Shown: positions 9,087-17,914, counted from the stretch's first letter. The stretch is 28,332 nucleotides of DNA from Candidatus Parvarchaeota archaeon (GCA_030044235.1 JASHWD010000102.1:1-28332), one strand, 5' to 3'. Program-made: numbers and translations. Notes: generated by a model from the sequence alone, not told the origin.

Positions 9087-10268
9087 ATGAGATTTATACA
9101 CATAGGCGATACGCATATAGGAAATGTTTATAAAAATGACGTTAGAAATGAAGACGTTAAAAATTCCTTTAGACAAGTTGTTGATGCCGCCATAAAAGAA
9201 AACGTAGATTTTGTCGTGCATTCTGGAGACCTTTTCAATGAAGGAAACCCTAGTTTAGAGGCATTGTTATTTGTTACAGACCAACTTAATAGACTAAAAC
9301 AAGCAGGTATAAGAGTTTTCATAGTGCCGGGATCCCATGATGTCGGTATGGGCGACGAAGACAGCATAGTAGAGCTATTTGATAGAAACGGTTTGTTAGT
9401 AAACTTAAATTCTAGACGTTACATATCCAATGAAGAATCTGGCTTTTACTTAACCGGGGAAACCTACAGAAATGCATTCATATGCGGCGTAAGGGGAAAA
9501 AGAAGCAAAGTAGAGAATGAAATATTCAAAAGACTAAATGTAAAAATAAACGATAAAGCGTGGATAAGGATATTTATATTTCATCACACAATATCCGCAC
9601 TGGGAGAACAATTTAAAGACCTAGACACGGAAAGTTTACCTAGAGGCTTCGAATATTACGCCGCGGGTCATTGGCATGGGCATAGAGACAACATAAAATT
9701 CGATAAAGGCATAGTCCAGTACCCTGGTTCTACAGAATACTGCGATGAAAAGGAGATAGTTGACAATCCAAACCGCGGGTATTATTTAATAGACTACGAT
9801 GAAAAAGGCATAGAAAAACTGGAATACTGCTTATTAAAAACGCGAGAAAAAGAAATAATTAGAATCAACGCAGACAAAAAGGTGGCTCTAGATATAGAAA
9901 ATGAAGCGCTGGCCAAGCTTAGCAAAAATTCTGGTAAAATCTTAGTTATAAAAATAGACGGGAAAATTTTCGGTAAAAAGGGCGAACTTAATGTAGGTCA
10001 TATCAAAAAGGAGGCTGTCGATTTAGGTTATTCATACGTAAGCGTAAATACCGCAAAGATTGTGGATAACGATGACAATGTCGTAGACATAAAAGAAAAC
10101 GAGCTAAACAATGTAGAATCCGACTTCCTTAGAAGCAGAGGATATAATGAGGACGCGATTGCCTTGGCAAAGATGTTAATAGACGCGACTTCTAACAAGA
10201 ACAACCCAGAATTAATAAAGCGCCAGGCGGAGGAACTTTTCGATAAATATGATAATAAAAGAACTTAA
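9087..10268 (+). CDS. mre11: DNA double-strand break repair nuclease Mre11
   Basis: Phosphoesterase motifs DTHIG, GDLF, GSHD, FHH, GHWH, YPGS; overlaps rad50. Confidence 0.93.
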   Translation: MRFIHIGDTHIGNVYKNDVRNEDVKNSFRQVVDAAIKENVDFVVHSGDLFNEGNPSLEALLFVTDQLNRLKQAGIRVFIVPGSHDVGMGDEDSIVELFDRNGLLVNLNSRRYISNEESGFYLTGETYRNAFICGVRGKRSKVENEIFKRLNVKINDKAWIRIFIFHHTISALGEQFKDLDTESLPRGFEYYAAGHWHGHRDNIKFDKGIVQYPGSTEYCDEKEIVDNPNRGYYLIDYDEKGIEKLEYCLLKTREKEIIRINADKKVALDIENEALAKLSKNSGKILVIKIDGKIFGKKGELNVGHIKKEAVDLGYSYVSVNTAKIVDNDDNVVDIKENELNNVESDFLRSRGYNEDAIALAKMLIDATSNKNNPELIKRQAEELFDKYDNKRT

Positions 10269-12645
10269 ACTAGAGAACATAAGGAGCCACAAAGATTCTG
10301 AAGTAATCTTTGATGATGGAATAAACATCATAACAGGAAATACTGGGAGTGGCAAGTCTTCAATCCTTATGGCTATTCAGTATTCGTTATTCGGAAAGAT
10401 AGGCGAGGGTAGGGAAGAGGGGAGGCTGCTGCTTAGACGCGGTTCGACAAAAGGCACTATCGCATTGAAATTTACTGATGGAGAATCTGAATATTATATA
10501 AAACGCGGCTTAAAAAAGGTAAAGGAAAACGTAAGAAATGACGATGAAGAAAACGAGATTAGAAAAGACGGAAGACTAATAGATTTACAAAACCGCGCTA
10601 CGGATCTAAATAATTATATATTAAAATTATTAAAAATAGAATCGTCAAACCCTATAAAGACATTTGAAACTATAACTTATATCAAACAGGATGAATTAAA
10701 GGACTTAATATTTGATACCGGCCAAGATAAACAACAGTACATCGATCAATTACTTCAATTAAATAAATACGCAGATGCATTTGATCGGTTAAAGGAAGTT
10801 ACAGACAAGATAAAAAACGAAATAGAAATAAACAGAATAGCGGTAACTTTAAGCATAGACGAAAACGAAATTATAAAAATAGAGAGTCGGATTAAAGAGC
10901 TAGAATTGCTAAATTTAGAAGCGTCTAAAAGAACCATAGAATTAGAAAATCAAATTAATAACAATAAAATTAGACAAACAGAATTAGAAGGAGAAGTAAA
11001 GTTTTACACCGGGTTAAGAGACCAAAGTATAAAACTAAACGTTGAACGAAGTGGAAATGTAAACTCAATAAATAAATTTGAGAAAGAAATTGCTTCTATA
11101 GAAGCAAGCATAGCTTCTAATGAAAGCACTATAAGAAAAATAGACGATTTAGTTCTTATCGATACAAAAAAAGCTAAAGCTAAAAATGAAACTTTATTTA
11201 ACGAGATAAATGTAAGGGAAAGAGCAGCCTACGAAGCGCTATACAGAAGCGAGTCTGATTTTAATTCTGAATCAAAGGAAGCCTCAGAGCTAGAAAAAGA
11301 AATAAAGTTCACTTTAGAACGAAATCGAGCGTTAGACAATGAAACAAGAGCATTAAAGTTACTGATAGAAAAATCTTGGAGCGGCGCACCTAAAGAAGAA
11401 TTAATGGGCAGAGTGGCGGAAATGATTAATCTAATATCCGAGTTAAAAGCTGAAAAAATAAGAGCTTTAGAAACAAACGTGTGCCAAATTTGCGGCGAAA
11501 GCTTTTCTGATAGCAAGCATCTTGATAAAGAGTACACAAACAAGATTAAAAAATATGAAGATATTATAGCCGACCTTGAAGCTGAAATAAGCAAGACGGC
11601 GCTGGGTAAAACTAAAAGAGAAATAGAAAGAGAATATGATAAAGCGGCTATTGAAATTGATGCTAACAAAGAAAAAATAAAAACATATCAATCTAAATTA
11701 ATAAAATTAAACCCTGTAGATACAAACAAAAAAACCGAATCTCTAAGAAAAGAACACAATATAATCTTAGAGGAGATGTCAAAAACTAAAGGTGAGATAA
11801 TTAGATTAAATAGAGAAATCGAAGAAGCCGAGCTTATAAAAACAAAAATAAATGAAATAGAGCTTTCAAGGTCTAAATTAAAAGATCGTAGTATTGACCT
11901 ACAAAAAGAACGAGAAGAGTTAAGAATACGCGAGGAAAAGATTGCAGCACTTGGTTTTGATGTTAACATTCTTGAAAAGAAGAACTTGGAATTTAGATCT
12001 GTTCTAAACGTTATGTCCGACTTACTTTCTAGAAAGTCCGGAATAAAAAGCGAAATAGATACTAGAAATTCCGAAATATCAGAAAATAAGCATAAATTTG
12101 ACGAGTTCAAAACGAATTTAGAAAAAAGAAAAGTCCTTTTAGAGGCGGTCAACAAAAAAGAGAGATTCCTTACATTGATGGAAAATCTACGTAAGGATAT
12201 ACGAGATATAAGAGAGTACGTAAGGAATAGATTCATAAAAGATTTTAAAATGCTTTTCCAGGCTCGTTTTGCAGAGATAAGAAGCGAAAGCGATTATGCG
12301 ACAGAGATTGACAATGATTATAACGTAAAAGTAATTGCGAATGACGAGGTACTAGACGCAAAAACCTTATCTGGTGGCGAAAAGACGTCGGTTGCACTCG
12401 CGTATAGGATGGCTTTATCCTCTATAGCTTCTCTTTTAGGAGGTGTAAGTAAAAATGAGTCATTATTGATGGACGAGCCAACTTCTGGGCTTGATAGAGA
12501 AGATATAAATGCGCTTTCTACTTGCATAACTAGAATAAACGATATAAACCAAATCGTAATAGTTACACACGAAGATACGATGAAGAATATCGCAGACAGA
12601 TTAATAACAATAACTAAAACCGCCGGTGAATCTAAAGTAAATTAA
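10249..12645 (+). CDS. rad50: DNA double-strand break repair ATPase Rad50
   Basis: Walker A GNTGSGKSS, long coiled coil with central CQIC zinc hook, LSGGE signature, Walker B MDEPT, H-loop VTH. Confidence 0.95.
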   Translation: MIIKELKLENIRSHKDSEVIFDDGINIITGNTGSGKSSILMAIQYSLFGKIGEGREEGRLLLRRGSTKGTIALKFTDGESEYYIKRGLKKVKENVRNDDEENEIRKDGRLIDLQNRATDLNNYILKLLKIESSNPIKTFETITYIKQDELKDLIFDTGQDKQQYIDQLLQLNKYADAFDRLKEVTDKIKNEIEINRIAVTLSIDENEIIKIESRIKELELLNLEASKRTIELENQINNNKIRQTELEGEVKFYTGLRDQSIKLNVERSGNVNSINKFEKEIASIEASIASNESTIRKIDDLVLIDTKKAKAKNETLFNEINVRERAAYEALYRSESDFNSESKEASELEKEIKFTLERNRALDNETRALKLLIEKSWSGAPKEELMGRVAEMINLISELKAEKIRALETNVCQICGESFSDSKHLDKEYTNKIKKYEDIIADLEAEISKTALGKTKREIEREYDKAAIEIDANKEKIKTYQSKLIKLNPVDTNKKTESLRKEHNIILEEMSKTKGEIIRLNREIEEAELIKTKINEIELSRSKLKDRSIDLQKEREELRIREEKIAALGFDVNILEKKNLEFRSVLNVMSDLLSRKSGIKSEIDTRNSEISENKHKFDEFKTNLEKRKVLLEAVNKKERFLTLMENLRKDIRDIREYVRNRFIKDFKMLFQARFAEIRSESDYATEIDNDYNVKVIANDEVLDAKTLSGGEKTSVALAYRMALSSIASLLGGVSKNESLLMDEPTSGLDREDINALSTCITRINDINQIVIVTHEDTMKNIADRLITITKTAGESKVN

Positions 12646-12650
12646 GCGGA

Positions 12651-13475
12651 TTACTTTTTGAATACAGCAAGGAAATGATCACTTACACCAACTACATCTG
12701 ATCTTTCTAAAAGTGAGAGATAAGTAGTCCATGCTATGTTCCAAAGTTTCTTATTCTTTTCTAATTGTTTCGTTGAATTTTTTCTGATGTAAAAGAAGCC
12801 CTCTAAAGCGAATATTCTAAGCTTTCTTGCTCCAGCCCTTTCTAATAACTCTCTAAATTCCTCTTGAAGAAAACCATGAAATGCCGTAAAGCCATAACCC
12901 CCATAATAATCGCCCCTAGTTACGAATGTTTTAAAATAAGGCGCCCCGAGTTCGTCCTGAAATTTTGGATCTATAGTTAATCTACATATAGACGCTATTC
13001 TGCTCATCACAGATACTAATATCGGTGCATCATTCTTAGCAACACGTAGTAATTCAGAAACGGTCTTTTTACGGAGCTTTATATCCATTACATGAGATAG
13101 TGGGCCGCCTAAACACAAAACTGCATCAAATTTCTTATCTTCGAACATTGAAAGGTCTTCTATTCTGCCTTTTATAACGTCTAAAACGTTCTTCTCTACG
13201 CCTTCATGACGTATCCTCTTTTTTGCGAAGTCTAGATTTGCCTGTGTCGTGTCTAACAGAATAACTTTATATCCTTTTTTCGCAAGCTCGATTGTATACC
13301 TACCGGGTCCTCCTCCAGCGTCTAAGATTAAGCCTCCTTTTGGTAGATATCTCTGCAAGAGGTAAATCGTGGTCTTATACTCTATATCATCCTTTTCGTG
13401 CCTTTTCCACTCTTTTCTAACTGCTTTTGTGTAATTCTCTTCTATCATCTTGTGCAAATGCACGTGTTTTTCCAT
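12651..13475 (-). CDS. Class I SAM-dependent methyltransferase (start corrected to ATG 13475; the track start lies inside the tRNA)
   Basis: ILDAGGGPGRY motif I, ILLD motif II, FDAVLCLGGPLSH. Confidence 0.88.
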   Translation of the reverse strand: MEKHVHLHKMIEENYTKAVRKEWKRHEKDDIEYKTTIYLLQRYLPKGGLILDAGGGPGRYTIELAKKGYKVILLDTTQANLDFAKKRIRHEGVEKNVLDVIKGRIEDLSMFEDKKFDAVLCLGGPLSHVMDIKLRKKTVSELLRVAKNDAPILVSVMSRIASICRLTIDPKFQDELGAPYFKTFVTRGDYYGGYGFTAFHGFLQEEFRELLERAGARKLRIFALEGFFYIRKNSTKQLEKNKKLWNIAWTTYLSLLERSDVVGVSDHFLAVFKK

Positions 13476-13483
13476 AGTTTCAG

Positions 13484-13566
13484 TGCAGGGAGAGGGATTC
13501 GAACCCTCGAAGGCCTGAGCCATCGGCTCTTGAGGCCGACACGTTTGACCGCTTCGCTATCCCTGC
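13484..13566 (-). tRNA. tRNA-Leu(CAA), long variable arm, CCA not encoded
   Basis: Acceptor GCAGGGA/TCCCTGC plus A73; anticodon arm TCGGC-CTCAAGA-GCCGA; T arm GAGGG-TTCGAAT-CCCTC. Confidence 0.96.
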
Positions 13567-13617
13567 GTTATAAATACAAGTATTTTACTTAATTTATAAA
13601 GAAAATTTATTATCGAC

Positions 13618-13866
13618 TTATTGGTTATCCGATGAGTCTTTGAAATTACGGGGCTTATTCGTGCTCAAATCCATGAAAAGTTCATTAATGGATTGACTCA
13701 GCTTATCAAGGTTTGCTTTAAGCCTATCTATACGTTTAGAAGTTTGATCAGATACGTTCTTTATCTTATCGTAACACTCTTCGATTTTTGGGGAATTGTG
13801 TCTCAGGTCTTCATACTGCATTTTAAATATGTAAGGTAAACCGATAAATACATCGTCTTGATCCAT
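13618..13866 (-). CDS. Hypothetical protein, 82 aa, probable coiled coil
   Basis: ATG ORF that fills the gap between tRNA and ferredoxin; CTTATAAG element about 22 nt upstream. Confidence 0.6.
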   Translation of the reverse strand: MDQDDVFIGLPYIFKMQYEDLRHNSPKIEECYDKIKNVSDQTSKRIDRLKANLDKLSQSINELFMDLSTNKPRNFKDSSDNQ

Positions 13867-13917
13867 ATAATTTTATTCTCAATCTTAGCTTATAAGTCTA
13901 AGTTTTAGACTAAATGA

Positions 13918-14238
<321 letters not shown>

Positions 14239-14254
14239 TTATTGTTAGTTTTAA

Positions 14255-14262
14255 TTTATATA
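14255..14262 (-). promoter_or_regulatory. TATA box of the ferredoxin gene (likely leaderless mRNA)
   Basis: TATATAAA on the minus strand, 22 nt before the ATG. Confidence 0.5.
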
Positions 14263-14302
14263 TCTTGCTCATTAAAAGCAAAAATAAATTATTAGATTGG
14301 AT

Positions 14303-14557
14303 TTATTTATACTTCACTTTAAGGGCTATTATTAAACAGATAAGCACAAAAGATACTGCATTCGCAAGTATCACTGGTAGAGAACTTATATAAAATCCAT
14401 AGATTAGCCACAAAAAATCTCCGCATGCGATTATCAAAAACATCAATAAAGAGACTTCCTTCGCCGATTTGTCCTTAATTATTTTTATTACCTGGGGTAT
14501 AAAACAACCAGTAGTCAGAGTCCCTGCAACCAAACCTATAACTGTAATCCAATCCAT
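14303..14557 (-). CDS. SemiSWEET / PQ-loop family transporter
   Basis: 84 aa, three TM helices, FIPQ motif, SAKEVS, LWLIYG, PVILAN. Confidence 0.92.
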   Translation of the reverse strand: MDWITVIGLVAGTLTTGCFIPQVIKIIKDKSAKEVSLLMFLIIACGDFLWLIYGFYISSLPVILANAVSFVLICLIIALKVKYK

Positions 14558-14576
14558 ATCAATAAATTATTTAAAT

Positions 14577-14697
14577 TGCGGGGAGTGGGATTTGAACCCA
14601 CGAGGGCGCTAAGCCACAGGATGTCTTATCTTGCATCAAATGCAAGGTTAACAAGGACTTAAGTCCTGCACGTTGGGCCAGACTTCGCTATCCCCGC
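14577..14697 (-). tRNA. tRNA-Leu(UAA) with a 35-nt intron at canonical position 37/38 (intron 14623-14657)
   Basis: Acceptor GCGGGGA/TCCCCGC plus A73; anticodon stem CAGGA/TCCTG; BHB core with CTTA pairing to intron TAAG and a 3' bulge AC|A; T arm GTGGG-TTCAAAT-CCCAC. Confidence 0.93.
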
Positions 14698-14733
14698 TTA
14701 GTTTAAAGATTAAAAGCATTTTATTTATATCTA

Positions 14734-16449
14734 TCAAATCTCAAAATAGGAGCTTGTTATCATCTCTCCGGTAATATTAAGCGCAGTTTTTAAGTTATTC
14801 AGATTGCTATTTCTTTCCTCCGGACTGGAAAGTCGAAATTCTAGAAAATTGCCCAAGTCGGATACTTTGCCATTTGTATTGACGTTTACTTCAAAGTCTA
14901 AAGAAAATACAGAACCGTTAAGACGATATAAAAATCTTGTCTTTTTTATTTGTTTTAATTCTCTATAAATTTGTGAAAGTCCTTCTTCTACATTTGGATA
15001 CGTATCTATATCTAACTTTCTTCTTTCGAATAAGCCATCTTTTGGTCCTTTATATGTCCACATTAATCTATTAGGCTCTCTGCGTATTCTTACGATTTCG
15101 TCCCTACAAGTTATGTCCATTCCACGAGCGTTATAGTAAGTGTCAATTTGTTCCGTCTTGTAAAGAAGTTCAGCTCCCAATTTTCTAAGTCTTTCGTGAT
15201 ATTCTAATTGGGTTCCGGATATCCTAAATTTAACTTGGCGATCCAAAACATTCGCACGTTTGGATTCTATTTCTGGATTATAACCGCTATTTATTATAAA
15301 ATCAGCATTAATCTTCGTTGGCTCTATATACTTTTCGTACATCGGTTCTCCGGTTTCTATGGTATAGCCTAATATTTTCGTCGCGGGCCATGTTGTTCTT
15401 TCCAAATCCCTTAGAAGCTTTCTTATAAGTCGATCGTGTTTGTTTGTATCTATAAATATTTTTAAATCACCATAAGTATCTAATCTAGAATTTAAAGCAA
15501 AAAGTCCTTCGACTATTATAACTCTATGTGGAGACACAACTTCATTCTTGTATGGGCCATCAGAAAAATCATAAATCTTTTTGTTTATAGTTTCACCGGC
15601 TAAAAGCTTCTCCAGATCCGCACTTGCTCTGTCAAGATCCAAAGCTTCCGGCTGATCGAAATTTATCTTCTGTCCGGATTTTGATAGTTCTTCTATATAC
15701 TTAGGACCAAAATAGTAATCATCTAAAGATATAAGAGCGGCATCGTCTCCAAATTGTGCCTTTAAGTCCTTTGCAAATGAAGTTTTGCCTGACCCAGAGC
15801 CACCGGCAATTAAGACCGTAACCGGCTTATTAGAGGAGGTTATAGCTAAATCAATTGTATTTTTTGCAAGAGACAACCCGTCTTTTAACTTTATTTCTGG
15901 CGGCTTTCCATTAGCGGCTAAGCTAGAATTATAATATCTTTTATCGTATGTTACCTCGAAAGAAAACCAATTTGGTTGCTTAAAAGATTCTGCTTTGTCT
16001 ATAGAGTCAAATTCTATCTCTGCGACATTCAAGCCGCTTAATTTATCTTTATAGATATTTAGTTCGATTGTATCCCCATTTTTAGTAGGAATTATATAAC
16101 GGGTCTTTCTTAGCGAAGTTAACGATTTGATTTCAATAGAATGAAATGTTTCTTTTGATATTTCGGCTTCGATTTCTGTTCTTTTAATGCCAGGACCGGA
16201 TTTTTCGGTTATATAATGCTTGTCTCCTACAGACCTTATTCTAACTTCAGACTTACCTTGAACGGGGATGTAATGTTGTTCTATCTCCTCTTTTTCATAT
16301 AAATCCAAGTTTTCCGGAAGGCTTGATATAAAGAACTTTCTTTCTATTTCATCATGTTTAACTGAGGATTTTAGAACTTCGGATAACGTTTCTTTGTCTA
16401 GTATTTGCTCAAGGCCGCTTTTTTCTTCGGAAAGCGACGACACTGTCAT
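14734..16449 (-). CDS. Triple fusion: CYTH domain + uridine kinase-like P-loop kinase + second CYTH (CyaB-like) domain
   Basis: N-terminal EIERKF...VRIR...KSGPGIKRTEIE...KTRY; middle GGSGSGKT, DDYY, FDQPEALD, EGLFAL, RD, YIEPTK; C-terminal QIDTYY...VRIR...TYKGPK...KKTRFLY...GNFLEF. Confidence 0.88.
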   Translation of the reverse strand: MTVSSLSEEKSGLEQILDKETLSEVLKSSVKHDEIERKFFISSLPENLDLYEKEEIEQHYIPVQGKSEVRIRSVGDKHYITEKSGPGIKRTEIEAEISKETFHSIEIKSLTSLRKTRYIIPTKNGDTIELNIYKDKLSGLNVAEIEFDSIDKAESFKQPNWFSFEVTYDKRYYNSSLAANGKPPEIKLKDGLSLAKNTIDLAITSSNKPVTVLIAGGSGSGKTSFAKDLKAQFGDDAALISLDDYYFGPKYIEELSKSGQKINFDQPEALDLDRASADLEKLLAGETINKKIYDFSDGPYKNEVVSPHRVIIVEGLFALNSRLDTYGDLKIFIDTNKHDRLIRKLLRDLERTTWPATKILGYTIETGEPMYEKYIEPTKINADFIINSGYNPEIESKRANVLDRQVKFRISGTQLEYHERLRKLGAELLYKTEQIDTYYNARGMDITCRDEIVRIRREPNRLMWTYKGPKDGLFERRKLDIDTYPNVEEGLSQIYRELKQIKKTRFLYRLNGSVFSLDFEVNVNTNGKVSDLGNFLEFRLSSPEERNSNLNNLKTALNITGEMITSSYFEI

Positions 16450-16470
16450 AATAAGATATGTAGCTCAAGT

Positions 16471-16478
16471 TATATAAA
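16471..16478 (-). promoter_or_regulatory. TATA box of the CYTH-kinase-CYTH gene (likely leaderless)
   Basis: TTTATATA on the minus strand, 21 nt before ATG 16449. Confidence 0.5.
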
Positions 16479-16506
16479 CAATTAACTGAAATAATAAACA
16501 AAAACC

Positions 16507-16623
16507 CTAAGCACTTCTTTCACGAAGAAGCCTTCTCTTTCTCTTACGCTCAAGCATTTTCTTCTTCCTAGTTTTCCACCTGTCTTTGTGGTATTTTTTC
16601 CAGTTTTTTGAACTTCTCTTCAT
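16507..16623 (-). CDS. rpl41e: Ribosomal protein eL41 (L41e/eS32)-like, 38 aa; missing from the ORF track
   Basis: Manual translation MKRSSKNWKKYHKDRWKTRKKKMLERKRKRRLLRERSA* resembles the archaeal L41e pattern KRSSxxWKK...RWK...KKR; starts 5 nt after the dcd stop. Confidence 0.8.
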   Translation of the reverse strand: MKRSSKNWKKYHKDRWKTRKKKMLERKRKRRLLRERSA

Positions 16624-16628
16624 AGGTT

Positions 16629-17171
16629 CTACTTCCTTTTGTTCAAATTTATATCTTTCGCACCTGTAACACCCGTCGAATTCTGGTATTTTCCAGCGTA
16701 TGGTTGATTTACTTTGGAATTTGTCCTGCTAAAAACTAGGTGCAGCATCCTGGTGTCCCTTTCTATGACTACCGGTACCGGACCACCAGTAAGCAATATA
16801 GTCAGATACCCGCTGAAACCTGCATCTGCTATAGTGGGCGGTATTGACATTCCTAGCCTTACAAAAGTGCTTCTTATGTTACAGAAACCCACTAAGTCAT
16901 CTGGTAAAGTTATTTTTTCCTTTATTTTAACAAGCACTCTCTCGTTCTTGCCCAAGACAAAAGACTTCTCTACTTTTTCTAACTTATATAATTTTGGTAA
17001 TTCTTCCTTTTTAGATACATCGACTGGCGAATCTGTATCTACAAATCTGCTTATCTCATCGCCTATTCGTAAGTCAACTCCATTCTCTCTTATAGTGTCA
17101 TCAGAAATCTGATCTATTACTAATTTTTTGGAATCTAAGTATAAACGAATATCAGCATCACTTAAGATCAT
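16629..17171 (-). CDS. dcd: dCTP deaminase/dUTPase-family protein (start corrected to ATG 17171)
   Basis: MILSDADI, IRENGVDLR, RSTFVRLG, DAGFSG, PYAGKYQ; resembles Sulfolobales-type Dcd. Confidence 0.9.
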   Translation of the reverse strand: MILSDADIRLYLDSKKLVIDQISDDTIRENGVDLRIGDEISRFVDTDSPVDVSKKEELPKLYKLEKVEKSFVLGKNERVLVKIKEKITLPDDLVGFCNIRSTFVRLGMSIPPTIADAGFSGYLTILLTGGPVPVVIERDTRMLHLVFSRTNSKVNQPYAGKYQNSTGVTGAKDINLNKRK

Positions 17172-17243
17172 AGTAATCCTTAACCTGTCATTAATAAAAG
17201 CCTTTTTGTAACAATTAAATAAGTTGAATTGGTAATTTAAGAT

Positions 17244-17903
17244 ATGGAATACAAAGGTCTTAATATAGATTGGCTCCACCATAACTGTTTTAGAATATGC
17301 GGTAAAAATGCGACTATTTACACCGACCCGTATAAAATAAATAAGAATTACAACGATGCTAGCTTAGTTCTAATAACGCACGACCATTATGACCACCTAG
17401 AAGCGGCCAGCATAAGCAAAGTTATATCTAAAAATTCTGTAATTGTCGCACCAAAGGACTGCGAAAACCCTCTGGCAGCATTTAAAAATAAAAAGATTCT
17501 AGTTTCTCCATACGAAGTAAAGATAATAGATGAAGTAACTATAAAGACAGTACCTTCTTATAATACAAATAAATTTAGGGACAAAAAAGAAGTCTTCCAC
17601 CCAAAAAGCAAGGGCAACGTTGGTTACGTCTTTATTGTAGACGGAATAAGGCTCTACATTGGCGGCGATACAGATCTGATAGAAGAAATGGGCGATCTCA
17701 GAGTCGACGTAGCGTTTTTGCCTGTAAGCGGAACATACGTTATGACCGCAGAAGAAGCTGCAGAAGCAGCAAAACGAATACATGCCGACCTGACCATACC
17801 ATCCCACTACGGCTCCGGCATAGGAACATCACAGGATGCTCAAAGATTTAAAAAACTTGTTGGTCAAGACCTTAATGTAAAAATCCTAGACTCGGTGGAT
17901 TAA
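17244..17903 (+). CDS. MBL-fold metal-dependent hydrolase (UPF0173/UlaG-like)
   Basis: TDPY, THDHYDH (HxHxDH), GGDT, PSHYG. Confidence 0.9.
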   Translation: MEYKGLNIDWLHHNCFRICGKNATIYTDPYKINKNYNDASLVLITHDHYDHLEAASISKVISKNSVIVAPKDCENPLAAFKNKKILVSPYEVKIIDEVTIKTVPSYNTNKFRDKKEVFHPKSKGNVGYVFIVDGIRLYIGGDTDLIEEMGDLRVDVAFLPVSGTYVMTAEEAAEAAKRIHADLTIPSHYGSGIGTSQDAQRFKKLVGQDLNVKILDSVD

Positions 17904-17906
17904 AGG

Positions 17907-17914
17907 TTTATATA
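17907..17914 (+). promoter_or_regulatory. TATA box of rps8e (likely leaderless)
   Basis: TTTATATA 24 nt before ATG 17939. Confidence 0.55.

Noticed and set aside
9327-9341. Mre11 motif GSHD instead of GNHD
   Set aside because: A single change with the catalytic His and other metal ligands kept; too weak without an alignment
11229-12527. Long antisense ORFs (146 and 182 aa and others) inside rad50
   Set aside because: Expected from the Lys/Glu/Ile codon bias of the coiled coil; no motifs or start context
13476-13523. Track start of the methyltransferase at 13523
   Set aside because: It lies within tRNA-Leu(CAA); the translated FEGSNPSP is the T-arm sequence
17172-17282. Track extension of dcd overlapping the MBL gene
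   Set aside because: Family homology starts at MILSD (17171); the extension is the AT-rich divergent promoter region
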